Part shown: positions 23,329 through 40,330 of the stretch, in pieces | Layout: every line of letters begins with the position of its first letter | Position numbering within the stretch: the first letter of the stretch is position 1 | Source: Fimicolochytrium jonesii | Lineage: Eukaryota | Direction of reading: 5' to 3' | DNA: 64,000 nucleotides | Assembly (NCBI RefSeq): GCF_025526975.1 | Contig: NW_026515668.1 | Coordinates: forward strand, 2,046,001-2,110,000 | The notes under the pieces: model-generated | Told to the model about the DNA's origin: nothing | Databases searched by the model: none | Seen by the model: only the letters and a program-made list of their open reading frames with translations | Made by a program: the position numbers and the translations under genes

Positions 23329-25843
23329 ATGGACCCCCGGCAGCGAGCCCTGCGTGGAGACCGAGGCGGCAGAGCTAGAGCCGGAGGCGGACGTCCATGG
23401 CGAGGCAGGGGTCAAGCCGGCGTCGGTCCCTTCCACTCGCAGAATGGTCGGCGAGGCTTTGGCGAGCACAGGCACAACAACGGACGAGGTCCAGCTTGGC
23501 GTGACCGGCCCGTTTCAGATACGGATACGCAGCAGAGGCATGTTGATGCCCAACATCAGGCGCCGAGTAGCGGGGATGCGGGCGGAAGTGGAAGGATGGA
23601 GATCCCAGGGTACTACTTTGTGAGTCATGGAGGCAGGCGTCGCAATTCGGAGACGAGCGGTCGTCTGACGGGCTGGGGACGCATTACCACCAGGACGCGG
23701 AGAAGAACCGGTATTTCAAGATACTGGCCAACAAGAATGTAGCTTCATCTAGCGAATATACCGTCGGAGCCATCAAAGAGAAGCAGGCGGCAGAGAAGCG
23801 TCGAATGGTTGGAGAGGAACTCAGGACCAGGGATCAGACTGAGGTATGCGGGAGTTGGATGTCGCTCGAATGGGGCGTTGTCGATCGAAGGTGATTGGAT
23901 GATTGACTTTTGGTTTTCCAGCGATCCTTCACGCGACGAAGTCGACAAGATCACGTATATGGCAGTTTTTCGCTCCTGCTGCGGGATAAGGAGTCGAACA
24001 TACATCCCCGCAACCCAGCCGGCTGGACGGCAAGGTACGAGATGATGGGCAACGAAGTACTAGAGGCGGGGACTCATGCAAGACTAACTACTCTATCCTC
24101 CAGCCGTGCGTGGGAAACGATGATGAAGTACCTGCGCCGCCGGTCGGTGATCAAGGATGCTGGAGGGGAGTATGCGGGAACTGGATTCACCATGCAGTCT
24201 GGCAGTATCTCGGACTTTCAGGTCGGTGGATGCACTCGATGCGCTTTCCATACTTCACTCCTTTTTGTTCATCGGCTCTTCTTCGCTCGGTTCAGCTTCA
24301 TCCAACACTGAACCACGCCATTATCGGCAGAACTGATGGGACCATCAGGTAGCACATTGGCTGGTCGCCCTGCATTGAAAGCGGTCGCTCATTCAGTGCG
24401 ATCGTAGGACGATGTCATATGGGCCCCCTACGAAGGGACGTCAACATGGAACGCGCTTGGAGCAGCATCACTCTGCGTTGGTGAGCCATGAGGACTCCGA
24501 TGTTAGTGCCTCTGTTTCGGTATATCACATATGGTGGATAGTCCCTGAACTGCTTGCTTGCAGATATCTTCTATCCATTACGGGAACTCTTCTCCAGAAG
24601 ACGGACTCAGGGTCATGTGAGTTCTCTCTCAATATGCACAACCCTCTTTCAAAAACGCTATTGACGCACCAATCCCCCTCCCGCAGCTCAACCACCCTTG
24701 GCTACGGCGCTCGCCCGGGCACAGTCCAAGCGCACAAACTCTTCCTCCACACCCCATCACCCTCAGACCCGACATCACGCCCCATCCCGCACCCCCCCAC
24801 CTCCGAATTCCGCCTATCCCTCCGCAGATCAAGCGCCTACACCAGCGCCATCGCCCCGCGGTCTGGAGGCGGGACGATTATAAGCGTGGGCGCGGAGGGG
24901 AGGGCGGCGATCGTGGAAGGGTGGGAAGGGCGCGCAAGTGATCCCGTAATGCGGTTCTTGAATGTGCCGGACGGGACGCATGTGCTTGCGCAGGAGTTTG
25001 GGGGGAATGTAAGGAGTGGGCTGGGGGTGCTGGGGGGGCAATGTAGTATGGGGGTTTCTGTCGCGATGGAAATCTGATCAGTCGGCCTGTTCGAACTTTC
25101 ACACCCAGGGCAACGTCAATATAAACGGATGCAGAAACGGCAATATCTACCTCTTCGACCTCCGCGAAACCCAAACCCACCGACCCACAACGGTAGGCGC
25201 AGCCGGGGCCATATCACACGTCGGGACGGGGTTCTTCCCGCGTGCCCATCAGGCGGCTGTGTGTGCGCTCAAGACGCTGGAGGGGGCGAGGTTGGTGTCG
25301 GCGGGGATCGATGGGTCGGTAGGTGCCTGTGTGCGGCTTTGGGACTGTTCAGCACACCCTTTCCGGGCGGGGCATAAACTGACATTCTTTTCCATGGCCG
25401 AAATTTAGACGCACATGTGGGACCTGCGCAACCACGCCACACCCATCCTCTCCTTCGCGGGCCAAGTCAATTCACATTTGATGCTTAATTTCGCCGTCGA
25501 TGAGGGTCAACATGTCATTGTCGCACGTAAGGTTCCTGCCCACATAACTTCCGAGAGTGGCGTTTTTGGTCCCCTCCCCCGTGCATTTCACTTCCTCTTG
25601 CCAAACGCCTCATTTTCTTCTTTCCTCGCAGCCGGCGAAGACACACACATCCGCGCCTGGTCCCTCCGCACCGGCGCCCTCCTGTCCCAAACTATCGCCC
25701 CAGGCCCTCCTCAGGGAGCTCAAGGAGGGAAACCAGCAGGCCGCACCGTCGTCAGATTCCAGCCTTCGTTCACGGATAGTGGGGAAAGTGATGGGGCGGT
25801 GTGGACGGCTAGTGGGGCGGATTTGGAGGTTTGGCGTATGTAG
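23329..25843 (+). CDS. DCAF4/WDR21-like WD40 protein (CUL4-DDB1 substrate receptor)
   Basis: EIPGYYF|DAEKNRYFKIL N-terminal motif across an intron, NGCRNGNIYLFDLR, MWDLR, AAGEDTHIRAWSLRTG. Confidence 0.78.
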
Positions 25844-26110
25844 AAACGGAATGTTAGCTGGAGGGCAGTTATCAGTGCTAGGTAGGTAGTATAGTAGCCC
25901 TGCCTCGATACACCTGGACATCTCTAATTAAGAACCCCTTTCGCCACCATATCCCACCCGCTGCTCCTTTTTTCTTTCTGTCTACTTATCTAGTCATCTA
26001 GTCAAAGAAGCGGTCTAGATAAGGGGTGCCGTTGTATCCTGATACTACTTCCATTTCCCTGCCAGTTGAAATTCACCCCGGGGGTTATCAGGACGAGACG
26101 TGGCCCCCGT

Positions 26111-27865
26111 TTAGTCGATGTTGCGCGGCGGTTGGTCGAGCGTATACCATGTCCGATGCTGCCGTGGGCCTTTTGGACCGCGTTCGTGTTTGCGGACGAA
26201 TTTGTTGAGGATGCCGAGCTTTTGGGCTATCTGTTGGATCCCATTTGCGAATTGCGTGGATCAGTATGCCAATCCGAATACACTGTTAAGGCCATGCCGG
26301 CACTCGAACCCACCGTGGTACTCCAATGCAACTGTCTCGCAGCCGTCACCCCCGGCGGCGGCTGCAAAATCGTCGTCTGATCGACCTCCGCGCCCCAAAA
26401 CCCCGAATACCTCGCCCATTCGCTCCAATCACTCTTATCCGTCCAATCATACACCTCCCCCGTCCACGTCATCCAACTAATAAACCTCTGGAATCTCTTC
26501 CCAATTGGCTCCTCAAACAAGAACAGATCGGAGCTGAGGTCCGCGACATCGGCGATCTGGATCCATTGCACGGCGCCGAGGGTCAGTAAAGGGGAGATGC
26601 GGGAGACAAAGCCGAAGGTGTCATCGCGGTTTTTGTGGGTGCCTTCGGTGGGGTAGTTGGCGTGGGAGTTGAGGGCGGAGTAGACGTGCGGATGGGTGCC
26701 GGTGAAGGCGAGGTCGGGGAGGTAGACCCATTCGGAGCCGGCGTGTTGGGAGAAGGCTACCTGGGGGATCCCCAACAGGTGGGCGATTAGTTCAACCGTC
26801 AACATGTAAATGTGAAGGTCTTCCATGACGTACTGCTCGTATTGGTGGTATGCTCTGTTCCGAGTTCCCATCCCATGTATCGTTCAGTTGGACCGTTATA
26901 TGCTCCCTATCGCCGCACAAATACGCGTTCATTTTCTCTTCGATAGATTGCCGCGTGGTTGGACACACTTACCAGTCTCTGTAAGAAGAAGCAGGTTGGT
27001 AAGCTCAGCAGATCATGGAATAGCGTGAGAGTACGGCAAATGTTACTCACCCATTGTGATACGCCATTTTGCACCATTCAAAGTTTTCTGCTCGCTCTTT
27101 AACGAACGACCGTAGCCCACTCCATAATGATATCCGGAATCCCTGACATCCGTTCACCGGGTAGAAGAACCAGTACTATCGCAGAAAGGGACGTCAGTTG
27201 GGCCCCAGCGGAGGGGGAGAGGTATCAAGGTTTCGTCGACTGGACACGATGCAAACCTGCAGATAGGTCTTCCCATGTGGTCCCATCTGCACCACCTGGC
27301 CGACAATATTCGCCTGCACGGTCGCACTCTCCGCCACCTCGTTCCCATGCCACAACTCCTCCGGTATGAGCACAGTGCGGTTATACTCGTCCAGCTTCGA
27401 CTTGCTGAACACATATGCGGGATCCGCTGGCCGCCACCTGTCTCGTGGATGCAGGAATACTAGTGGTGCGTACTTGTTCAAGATGAGTTTCCGGTTCGAG
27501 ACGGGGAGATTGAGGCTTGAGAGCTGGTGGTGTCGGGTCTCGTCCTCGAGCTGCATGACTTGAGCTTCCGACAGTTGGTGGTCTTCGGCGTCCTTGCGGT
27601 GTATGCTGGTCGCGGTGTTTGCGGGTAGGACGGCACATGATATTATGGCAGCTATGAGGAGGAGGGAGAAGGTCCGCGTTGCCGAACGGAGTCGTCTTCC
27701 GGGGTAAGGGTTGTGCCGGTCAACTGAGCAATGAGGGTGTGCTGTGCGTTGGTCGTCGGAAGATGAAGTGTTCGCTGGTGGCCGTGACAGAGAGGCATAT
27801 GTGTAGTCTTTCAACGACGGCGACCGCCGCTTGAGCAACCGCCTTCTCCACGGTATCGTTGTCAT
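26111..27865 (-). CDS. Vps62-like (DUF946) protein
   Basis: KYAPLVFLHPRDRWRPAD, FSQHAGSEW, HVYSALNSHANYP, YSGFWG, GPKGP near the C terminus; N-terminal hydrophobic segment. Confidence 0.75.
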
Positions 27866-28489
27866 GTCTTTCTCGCTAACAACAACCTCGCTCCGAAAAC
27901 GAATTGCGAACTTCCAACAAAACTGACAGAGGAAAAGACGGGACAGACAGAAGACAATCGTGGAGCGCGAAGGTTTCTTTACATATGCTTGGGTATATCC
28001 GGCGCAACACGTGGAACAGCGAGTATAGCGATGGCAGCGATGTTGTTATTTGGGCATCTGGTTGAACGAGTGTGCCTGGGGGTGGGGCGGGGGGTTTTTT
28101 CCCACGTTTCTGGTCGAGGAGCAAGCAAGCAAGCAAGCAAGCAAGGAGGCCTGATGATGATGACGCTCGCTGTCAAATGTCAAGTGTTTGTCGCTCAACG
28201 TGGGCGGCTTCCTTCCCGTGCCATAATTAACCCTACTAGCAGGCCCTTCTCTGCCGCGTACCATCAGCAGTCCCTCACTCACTCACTCATCAGTCAGTTG
28301 AGGTCAGTCCTTGTGACCTAACGCGTTCGCCCAGCAACAAACATACGCTCAGTCCGATGACTCTCGCCCCCGTCCCCGCGTTTCCCACTTTCGAAAAAAA
28401 AAAAACAGAACCCAGGAAACAAAACGGAAGCCGCTTGAGGCTTGGGACTCTTCTCCTCACCAACCAGCAAGCACACACTCCGAACAGAA

Positions 28490-31287
<2,798 letters not shown>

Positions 31288-31713
31288 GGGCGTAAGGTGT
31301 AAAATTACATGTAGAGCAGACATGCATAGGGATTGCAGATTCTGGCGTCTGTTCAGTTCCCCTAGGCGTAGGCTAGGCACCTCAAGACTGAAAGCATTCG
31401 TGACATTCATTTCACATCAAATGGGTATCTTCCCTCAACGGCTCATCTTTTGCCGTGAAGATTGTATGATCAATATCTGATTTACAGAGATATGTATAAT
31501 CAAAAATATATAAGCATGACGCCCTGCGCACGACCCACCATGTCTCTTCCATCTGTTCCCTCCCCGATACGTCGAGAAATAAAATAAAAAAATATCCCAG
31601 TCGGTAAAGACCCCCAAAAATGAATGAACAACGGCTGTCGAAATGTCGATGAAACGCTCCACCCCAGCGCGTAGAGTCGAAGGGCTTGGAGAAAGGGGCC
31701 AAAGTACCCCCCT

Positions 31714-34436
31714 TCACCTGGTATCAAAAGTCCTGAATCGCACACCCACTCCCACCAGCACATCCTCGGCATTCTGAGCATGCACCTCCGTCACACTCCC
31801 CGGCGGGATCCCCAGCTCGCCCTCCAACTGCGTCGGCGTCTCCGGTCCCGGTGTACCAGGCGACGCGGGCCGCAGCTGGTCGATGTAGATGGTCTCGTGG
31901 AAGGGCTGGGAGGCCTCGGTGGTGGATCGACCAAAGGCGACGCCCATGTCGCTGTTTTTGTCGGCGAGGGTGTTGGCGCTGTCGTTGGGGTTGTTTGGTT
32001 TGTTGCTGTTGTTGGGGTTGTTGGTGTTGGTGTCGGGTTTGACGAGGATGCCCACGGGGCCGCCGTCCGTGACGGTGCCGGAACTGTCGTCTAGGTCAAC
32101 GACTGGCCGGATTTCGAAACTGGTGCCGGCGCGGCCGCCGCCGCTTTGGATGTCTTGAATGTCGTGTTGGGACATGATGGGACCGGATATTTGGACGGCG
32201 GTGACGGGGATCTGAAAGAAGGAAGGTGAGCATCCGAACTGCCGTCGTCTGCCACGCCATCAAGACCAAACGGCAGCGACCCTTACATTACTCGGCCACA
32301 TCGGCGCCCCTCTAATCGCCGACGGCAAACTCAACGTCCGTCCATTCAAACTCCTCCCACTATATACCCGCACGACACTCAGCGTCCGCACCAATCCATG
32401 CATCAGCACCGCCGTGATCCCATACACAACCACCGCGCACCACACGACCCACGAGACGATCGTCATCCCTTCCTCACCAATCGCGCCCTTGTCGTATGCG
32501 TAGTTGACGTACCACAGGGCGCCGACGCCGACGGGCCCGAAATAGCCTACGAGGAGCGCTTCGCGCCTGGTGAGAAGAGCGGGTCGCCGGGTAAGGACGG
32601 GCAGGTAGTGGTGGAGAGCGAGGACTGGTGGAAGGCGCCGTAGGATTAGAAGGAGGACTGAAAGGAGTACGAGCTTTGGAAGCGCGTAGTACTGGTTGAA
32701 TGTGCTCCATGGAATAATGGCGCCTGTTGGTAAGGGAAACCGTTACTCTACTGTCCTGACTCGACTCCACGACCTAACAATGTGTGTGATCAAGTAGTGG
32801 GATATACGTACCAAAGTAGATGAAGAAGGTCATGTTGACCAAATTATCTATCACCTCCTGTACGTGTGCTTCTTCGGTTTCCTCCGTGAACCACCCATCC
32901 CAAGCAAAAATCAACCCAGTCGCAAACACCGACAGAAAGCTCGCCAGCTGGAGCATCGATGCGAAGCCAAGGACGAAAAGCTGTTGGGAAGTCGAATATT
33001 AGGCATCGGATGGGATAACGCCATATATCGGTCACGGGTCTTCGGGTACTCACCGCCAACGCGACTTCGACGGACAAGAACGACCGCTTGTCGATGTAAT
33101 TGCGCTTTTCGGACGCTCGCAACATGCATTTGGCCACATAACCGACGAGTGCTCCAAACACGATTCCCACACCGATCTCGTATCTGCAAATGAACGTTTG
33201 CGGTAAGTAGATGGAGACGCGGGTTCGTCTGCCACAAACTTCCCGCTTACTCACAATACAACGTGATAGGCCCAAGTCCCCCATGCCTCCTTGGTCGGGT
33301 AGCTGGTGAGGTATATCCCAAGCTGAAACATTGGGACCGCCAGTCCTATGATCAGAAGGTGTCAGCCGATCAAAGCGGAAACTGCATTCGGCCGCTTGCG
33401 TCATACCATCGTTCGCAGCACTTTCTCCGGATAGCAAATGCCGAATGGGCACGGAGATGTACTTGTCAGCGAACCGTCCCGTCATAAGTGAGTTGGCAAG
33501 AACCTGTTGGCGTAGGGGAGGTCAGCAAAGCAGCGGACATCGTCAGAGCCAGCGTCGCGCTCCAAACTTACAGGATCCGTCGGGGCCAGTGCGGCGGCGA
33601 GGATCAGGCATTGCGTCTGTGTAGAAAGATGTCAGACAATGGCAGGCTAATGGTGTCCTCCAGACCATCGCAGACCACAAGCTTACCCAAGGCACGGGTA
33701 ATATAAGCCATATGAGCAACGCCGAGACGAGCCACATCCACATCATGACAGGCCCATACAGCATGGCCAGACTACCGCGTTGGTCTTTCCATAGACTCCT
33801 AAATTCATCATGTTCCAGTCAGTCCTTTGCCCAGCTCCCTTGTTGAGAGTCACACCATTGCCCGGACGCACCTCGGTAAAGCTATCGATGCGGCCATAAC
33901 TTGAATCGCAATGACGATCTCGGTGAACGCCAGCGTGACTTTGTGGGTCTCCATGGGCCATTTCGCAGGATCTAGTAAGCCTGCGCATACTGGCCCTGGT
34001 GCGTGGGAAGTACGTCAGTGAAAGTGGGTGGAGGCGCGGCGCACAGCAGTCCGCCGTTCTCACCAATGATGATGCCGATTAAGGTGGCTACTAATGATTC
34101 TGAGAGGTATAGCCTCTCCTTGACAATAAGGGAGACGAATCCTACGAAACAGCACGAAGGTGTCAGTCTAGACTTTCTGCACGCCGGTAAAGCCCTTTGC
34201 CCCGAGTAGGCGTGCTGCCGAAACGACAAGAGACAGAGACATGACAATGGCCGCTACGTACCAAAGATCAGGATAAAACCGCCAATGAGCGCCGAAAGGG
34301 CATGGACGTCGTTGACTATTCCCCCAAATGCGAAAAGAAAGAACAGCGAATTCCCAGTCAGCCACAGTCTCACCCCTCCTGCCGCCCTCATTCACAAGCT
34401 CCCACCCATACCTTCGGAATGAAACCACGCCCCCAT
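31714..34436 (-). CDS. NHA1: Na+/H+ antiporter (fungal NHA1/Sod2, CPA1 family)
   Basis: GGFILIFGFVSLIVKERLYLSE, GPVMMWMWLVS, PTDPV, ESAANDG, FAWDGWF, FGPVGVGA, VLMHG. Confidence 0.9.
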
Positions 34437-35397
34437 ATCTACGTACGCAGAAGCCCAAGAAGCAAGTGCAGAGCGGTAAAAAGTTATAAAACTGTCCGTT
34501 TTGGTTATACCCCTTCCGAAAAAATAGACGGGGAATGCCCGGAGTGCGGTTTTACCATTAGCAGTATTCCTTCCTTTCCCTTACTCCACTCGGGCAGGGG
34601 TTCAAATGTGTCTTGCGGCGGTGGGGGAACAGGAGGGTGTTCGTGCCCTGTTGGCGGGGGCTGGTGGTGGTGTTGGTTTGTTGAGAGAAGTGGGGCTGAG
34701 TCTGTGCTTGTTAGTGGGAGAAAGCAAGCAAGGGAGGCAGCGTCGGGGTAACAGGCGGAGCGAAACGCGCACGGGCAAGGAAGTTCAAGGAAGAGTGACG
34801 TTGCTCTTGCGCCTTGACAATTGAGATTAGGATCGACTCCCCAGGCTGTCGGAATCACTCGCATTCGGCCGCGGACATCTTCCAGATACAACCTTGCGCG
34901 CATTCCAGAATTTAAGGTTTTATGACTGACTGTCCTGCGGTTTCTGTCCGTCCGACGGTCCGAGTCGGTCGGTGTCCACTCGGCCCCAGTCCGTGGGTTT
35001 CTCACAAGTTAGGGAGCCAAGAGGAGAATCGCCATCCCACGTTTTAAGCCTAAACTGGGCATACATGTGTTGGTTGATGTCGCCGGCGGCGTGCCCGACG
35101 GTCGCGGGCGGTTCAGGTACGTGGGGGCGACTCCCTCCCCGTCCCTATCTTTTTTTCTCGTTTTCTGAGCCCTGTTGGTGTACAGCGCAACGTTGCCTTC
35201 AAAGCTACTGTACAACCCACAGTCAGATGACAAATGAAAATGATTGAGATATACAGTACAAAACAAAATGCAACCGACATCGGGTAAAGAGAGTCGTATA
35301 CGGCTTCTCGCTACGGGATGCTAAACTGTATATAGAAGTGTCTATCCAGTCTGCCTCGTCCACATACACATCGCCAAGTATCCTAGCTACATACACG

Positions 35398-37845
35398 CTA
35401 CTCTTTCTTCTCCTCCTTCTCCTCAAACCTCACCAACACACTCGCCTCCGGCACAACATCCCCAACACTCACATGCACCCTCCCCACAACCCCGTCCATC
35501 GCAGCCCTCACAACATGCTCCATCTTCATCGCCTCCAACACAACCACAACCTGTCCCTTCTTCACGCTGTCGCCCTTCTTGACGTTCAGCTGCGAGATCT
35601 TGCACGGCATAGGCGCTTTGATGAGCGCTGACGCTGACCCGCCCGCACCGCCCGCTGCACCGGCTGCGGCGAGCTCCGCCGCGGTGGGTGGGAGCGTGAC
35701 GGTGTGTTTGCCGTTGGTGGGCGTGTGGATATGGATCGTCGACGGGGTGTGGATCAGGACCGTGGGTGTTTGCGTCTTGCTCTCGAGTTCCAGACGCAAG
35801 TGCTGAATGGTGGGTGTATCTTTCGACGCCGAGGACGCAGACGAGGACGCATCGCGGGACGAGTTCTCCAAGATTTGGACGTTCTTGAAATCGCGTTTCT
35901 CGCCGTTCGAGTCCACAACGGTGAGATCAAACACCTTGCCACTTGCTCCGCTTTTCACTTCCGTGATATGGACCGTGACATCCTTCCCTTGCGCGTCAAT
36001 CAGTTTCACGACACGCGTGAGTTCATGGTTCAACCTCAAACCAGTCAGAGCGCCCCAAGGGTCGGCAAACGGCGCGATTGCTGGCGGGGCAAGGGCGGGT
36101 GAGACGGCGAGTTTCTTGATGTCTTGTTGTAAAAGGGATCCCAAAGCGGCGTGGGCAAGGATGTCGTGCGGGGTTGCAGCGGCAACAGGGAAAAGATCCT
36201 TCTCGTGTTTTGGGATGAAGCCCGTCTCGACGTCGGCGGCGATGAAGGAGGGGTGAGTGGCTAGGGATTTCAGGAAATCGATGTTTGTGTGGAGCCCGGA
36301 GACCTAGGAAGAAGCAAAATGTTAGCTGATGAGGAAAACGTTGCAATGAGGGTAATCTTTCAGAACAAACTCACGTGAAACTGCTCCAGGGCGGTCCTCA
36401 GGGACTTCAAAGCCTCGTCACGGTTCCGTCCACTAACGACCAGCTTCGAGATCATAGGATCGTAATGAACACTAACTTCATCGCCCATCCTAACACCTGT
36501 CTCAACCCGCAACCTCTCCGACTCCTCCGGCGTCTTCATGAAAGTAAGACGACCCGTGTCAGGCAAGAACCCCTTGTTCGGGTTCTCAGCGTAAATGCGC
36601 GCCTCGAACGCATGACCGACGAGTTCAAGATCTTCCTGGAACTTGGGCAGCAGGTTACCGGCCGCGACCTCGAGCTGCCATTCCACGAGATCGGTGTTGG
36701 TGACCATCTCGGTCACGGGATGTTCGACCTGAAGCCTGGTGTTCATCTCCATAAAGTAAAACTTTTGGTCGTCGGTGTCGAGAATGAATTCGACGGTTCC
36801 AGCCCCAACGTAGTTCACAGCCTTGGCAGCGGCCACAGCCTTCTCTCCAAGCGAGCGACGAAGCTCTGGCGTAAGCCCAGGAGCAGGTGCCTCTTCCAAC
36901 ACTTTCTGATGACGACGCTGCACACTGCAGTCCCGCTCGAAAAGATACACCGCGTTGCCCTGAGTATCGGCAAAGACCTGGACCTCGACGTGACGGGGCC
37001 GGACGAGGTACTTCTCGACCAAGACGGCATCGTCTCCGAAAGACTTCATGGATTCCCGCTTGGCGCTGTCCAGCATTTCCTGGAAATCCTCCTCCTTGTC
37101 CACAATACGCATACCCTTGCCACCTCCGCCTTTGATGGCCTTGATAAGTACCGGGTAGCCAATGCGTTTGGCCTCCGTCTTCAGCTTCTCGGGGGCTTGG
37201 TCCGTGCCGTGGTATCCCGGCACGCAGGGCACTTTTGCGTTCTCCATGATAATCTTAGAGGCGCTCTTCGAACCCATATCAACGATAGCTTGCACAGGTG
37301 GCCCGATGAAGGTCAACCCCGCATTCGTGACCTTCTCAGCAAACCCAGCATTCTCCGACAAGAACCCATAACCAGGGTGAATAGCCTGCGCGCCGGTCTG
37401 TTTCGCAACCTCGATGATCTTATCCATGCGTAGGTAACTATCCGCCGACGGGGCAGGACCGATGCAGAATGCCTCGTCGGCCATCTGCACGTGCATGGAG
37501 TTGCGGTCTGCTTCGGAGTAGACGGCAACGGTTTTGACTCCGAGTTTGCGAGCCGTGCGGACGATACGGCATGCGATTTCACCGCGGTTGGCGATCAGGA
37601 TTTTGTCGAAGAGAGGCTTTCGTACGATGGGGCTTGGGGCGCCGTTGCTGGGGGACGTGGCTTGTGTTGTAGTTGACGAAGCTGTGATAGGTTGCGGGTT
37701 ATGAAAGCATATACAGAAGACAGGAGATCAAGTACTACACCGTCTTACCGTTCCTGCTCAACCTTGCAGTGACAGTGGCAGTAAGTAGGACGACCCTTTG
37801 AGCGACCACCAGGCGCCGAGCGGCGGCTCTTGCCGGGAGGGACAT
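35398..37845 (-). CDS. MCCC1: 3-methylcrotonyl-CoA carboxylase alpha subunit, mitochondrial
   Basis: [54 protein letters not shown], biotinyl domain EAMKMEH. Confidence 0.92.
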
Positions 37846-38274
37846 GCGCCGCCGCGCGCCTGCAATCATCAACGAGGAAATCATATTCTGCGAGGACAGT
37901 GGAAAGGGTCAGGACGCCAAGCGTTGTTTGAATAAGAGGAAGACTTTGACATACGAGGCTTAGTTCTGATAGTCTCACGAGTAAGCCCACCAGGGGTATT
38001 TCGAGAGAGAGCGAGGAAGCTGATGGCGGTAGCGACCTGATGATGAGGAGGATGGCGAGAAAACCGCCTTGCTCAAGAACGAGGCCAAATGGGGGAATGG
38101 CCTGCCTGCCTCCACGCGACGCGTGACCCCATCAGCCGCGTCGCTTGTGAGACCGTGAGCGGGCTTTTAATTGCTGCTCGTCCCGTGACGCTGACTCATT
38201 CCCAACGTGGACATTTATTTCGTTGACTGAAGAGAAACGTCACTCGGGAAACGGACGCCATTCGACCACCCAAG

Positions 38275-39267
38275 ATGGACGACGCCGAGGAGAGTAATAA
38301 TAAGGTGCTTCAGCAGGAGGAGTTAGTGGCTCTCTCCTCCATATACGGCCCGGAGTTCGTGAGTGATAACGCCGCTGCGGCAGATGCGCATCCGGACGCT
38401 GTCACTATCAAACTCACCGTCCCGCTCGGCCCAGTCCTCCTCGAATGCCATCTCCCCTCGACCTACCCTTCCCAAGAACCCCCATATTACGAACTAGTGA
38501 CAGCCTGGCGTAATCGTGCGGGAAACAGCTTTGGAGTCTCGGACTCGTTTAGGAGGGAACTGGACGGCAAGTTCCTCGGGTCTTTTGTTCCCGGCGAGGT
38601 TATCATCTTCGAATGGGTGGAACTGCTAAAGTCGATGCTGGAGGAGCGGTATGGCGGTGACGACATCGGGCTGGAGTTTGGCATGGTTGTGGAGGCCGCG
38701 GGGAATCCGACGGAGCGCCATGGCGAAGGAGAAAGACCGAGTAGCAGCTCAACCCGGACGGGCGACGAAACGCGCACGCCCACGGATGACAACACAGAGC
38801 ACCTCTCAACAGCCTTCCCCATGATCAAACCGCCCAACTGTCCACCCATAACACACTCCACAGAGCCCCTAGTTGAGCGCAAATCGGTCTTTGTAGCCCA
38901 CGTCTCACCCATCACGACACCCGACCAAGTTGCCTTCGTCCTCTCCGCCCTCCTCACAAACAACCGCATCCGCCGCGCGACGCACAACATCCTCGCCTAC
39001 CGCATCGTAGAGCCCAACGGCGTCATCCGGCAGGATTGCGATGATGATGGAGAGACGGCGGCTGGTGGGAGATTGCTGCATATGCTGCAGTTGGCGGATG
39101 TGCGTGGGGCGATGGTGGTTGTTACGAGATGGTATGGGGGTGTTCATTTGGGGCCGCAACGGTTTAAGCTGATTAACAATTGCGCGCGGAGTGTCTTGGA
39201 GGCAACTGGGTTCATGGGCGCTACAGGCGGCGGTTCGGATGGGAAGAGGGCTGCTAAGAAGAGATGA
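38275..39267 (+). CDS. YIH1: IMPACT/Yih1 (RWD + UPF0029 domains), intronless
   Basis: QQEELVALSSIYG, YPSQEPP, ERKSVFVAH, ATHNILAYR, DCDDDGETAAGGRLL, VVVTRWYGGVHLGPQRF. Confidence 0.94.
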   Translation: MDDAEESNNKVLQQEELVALSSIYGPEFVSDNAAAADAHPDAVTIKLTVPLGPVLLECHLPSTYPSQEPPYYELVTAWRNRAGNSFGVSDSFRRELDGKFLGSFVPGEVIIFEWVELLKSMLEERYGGDDIGLEFGMVVEAAGNPTERHGEGERPSSSSTRTGDETRTPTDDNTEHLSTAFPMIKPPNCPPITHSTEPLVERKSVFVAHVSPITTPDQVAFVLSALLTNNRIRRATHNILAYRIVEPNGVIRQDCDDDGETAAGGRLLHMLQLADVRGAMVVVTRWYGGVHLGPQRFKLINNCARSVLEATGFMGATGGGSDGKRAAKKR

Positions 39268-40330
39268 AGGAACTCTGGACAGACTAGCCGACATTGCCAA
39301 CGGTGGTTGAAACGCCCGACGGGTGGTCGGTGGAGTGTCCTCGAAAACTGGCCCCCTCCGACGGGCTGCATTCGGCAAAACAAGCCCACCGCAGCGTAGG
39401 ATCGGCTCTCTGGATCAGAGCATTCGAGTACTTGAGGGCAGCTTGGTTCAGGGATGTTGGGCCCGCCTATACGACATAGCAATCAGGCAAAATATCGACG
39501 TGGGAGGCACAAAGGAAGATAGGCGAGAAATGGGGACATGTGACTAGCGGGAGTTTAGTTTGCCTCTGGGACACCGTTCAGCTGGACGTTCTATCGAATT
39601 GGTCCCACGAGGGATTCCAGGAATATCCTGTGGGCTCCACTTGCCCACCGTCACCCAACGTCTTTGTCCTCGGGCCTGCCCACTTCGCCCGCGAGTTATG
39701 CGCATATGGCCGGCAGTAGCTGGGAAAGGAGCCTCACGTGTTGTCCTTCACCTTTTTTCCATCGTGCGTTTTCCCATCCTCGTTGCTTCAAAAACATACA
39801 TAAGTGCCCTTCCCGCGGGCTGGCGTTCCCTTCTTTCCACTCTGAACTACTCGTCCAGTCCTGCCCATGTTCCCGCCCCCCCCCCCCCCCCCCCCCCCCA
39901 CCCCAAAATCGCTTGCACGTTCCAAAGTCTCAATCCTGCCCTTGAAATTGATAGCGACCATCCCCCCAAAGCGACGTCGTTTATGTTATCCAACGACAGA
40001 GAAATATATTAATCAGGTCTATGACAATGAAATACTATGCGGTATCAGTAGAGCAAAGAAAAATCATAAACGCAACAACAGGAAGAAAGAGTGGTAGTTG
40101 GCGTCCAGGCCCCAACACGAACACGGCACATCCACAAAAGTCGGCATTCCCCAAAAATCTACGTTGCTGAGGGTGCACGGTAAGTGCCATGGTGTGAGGG
40201 TGTCTCATGTCTCACGGAGTCGGTAGTAGCGGGTGTGACGTGGCGTGCGAAATGTTATGGGTATGGGTTTGGGGTGACCAAGGCCCTTGAACTTGTGTGC
40301 TAGTGGCATACGAAGCCCGAGCAGATCCGT

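Noticed and set aside
39876..39904. Poly-C tract (also about 5702, 55016, 63388; poly-G at about 58055, 58462, 58995) as a stand-alone G-quadruplex element
   Set aside because: Homopolymer lengths are error-prone and the tracts fit the wider C/G block alternation reported above.
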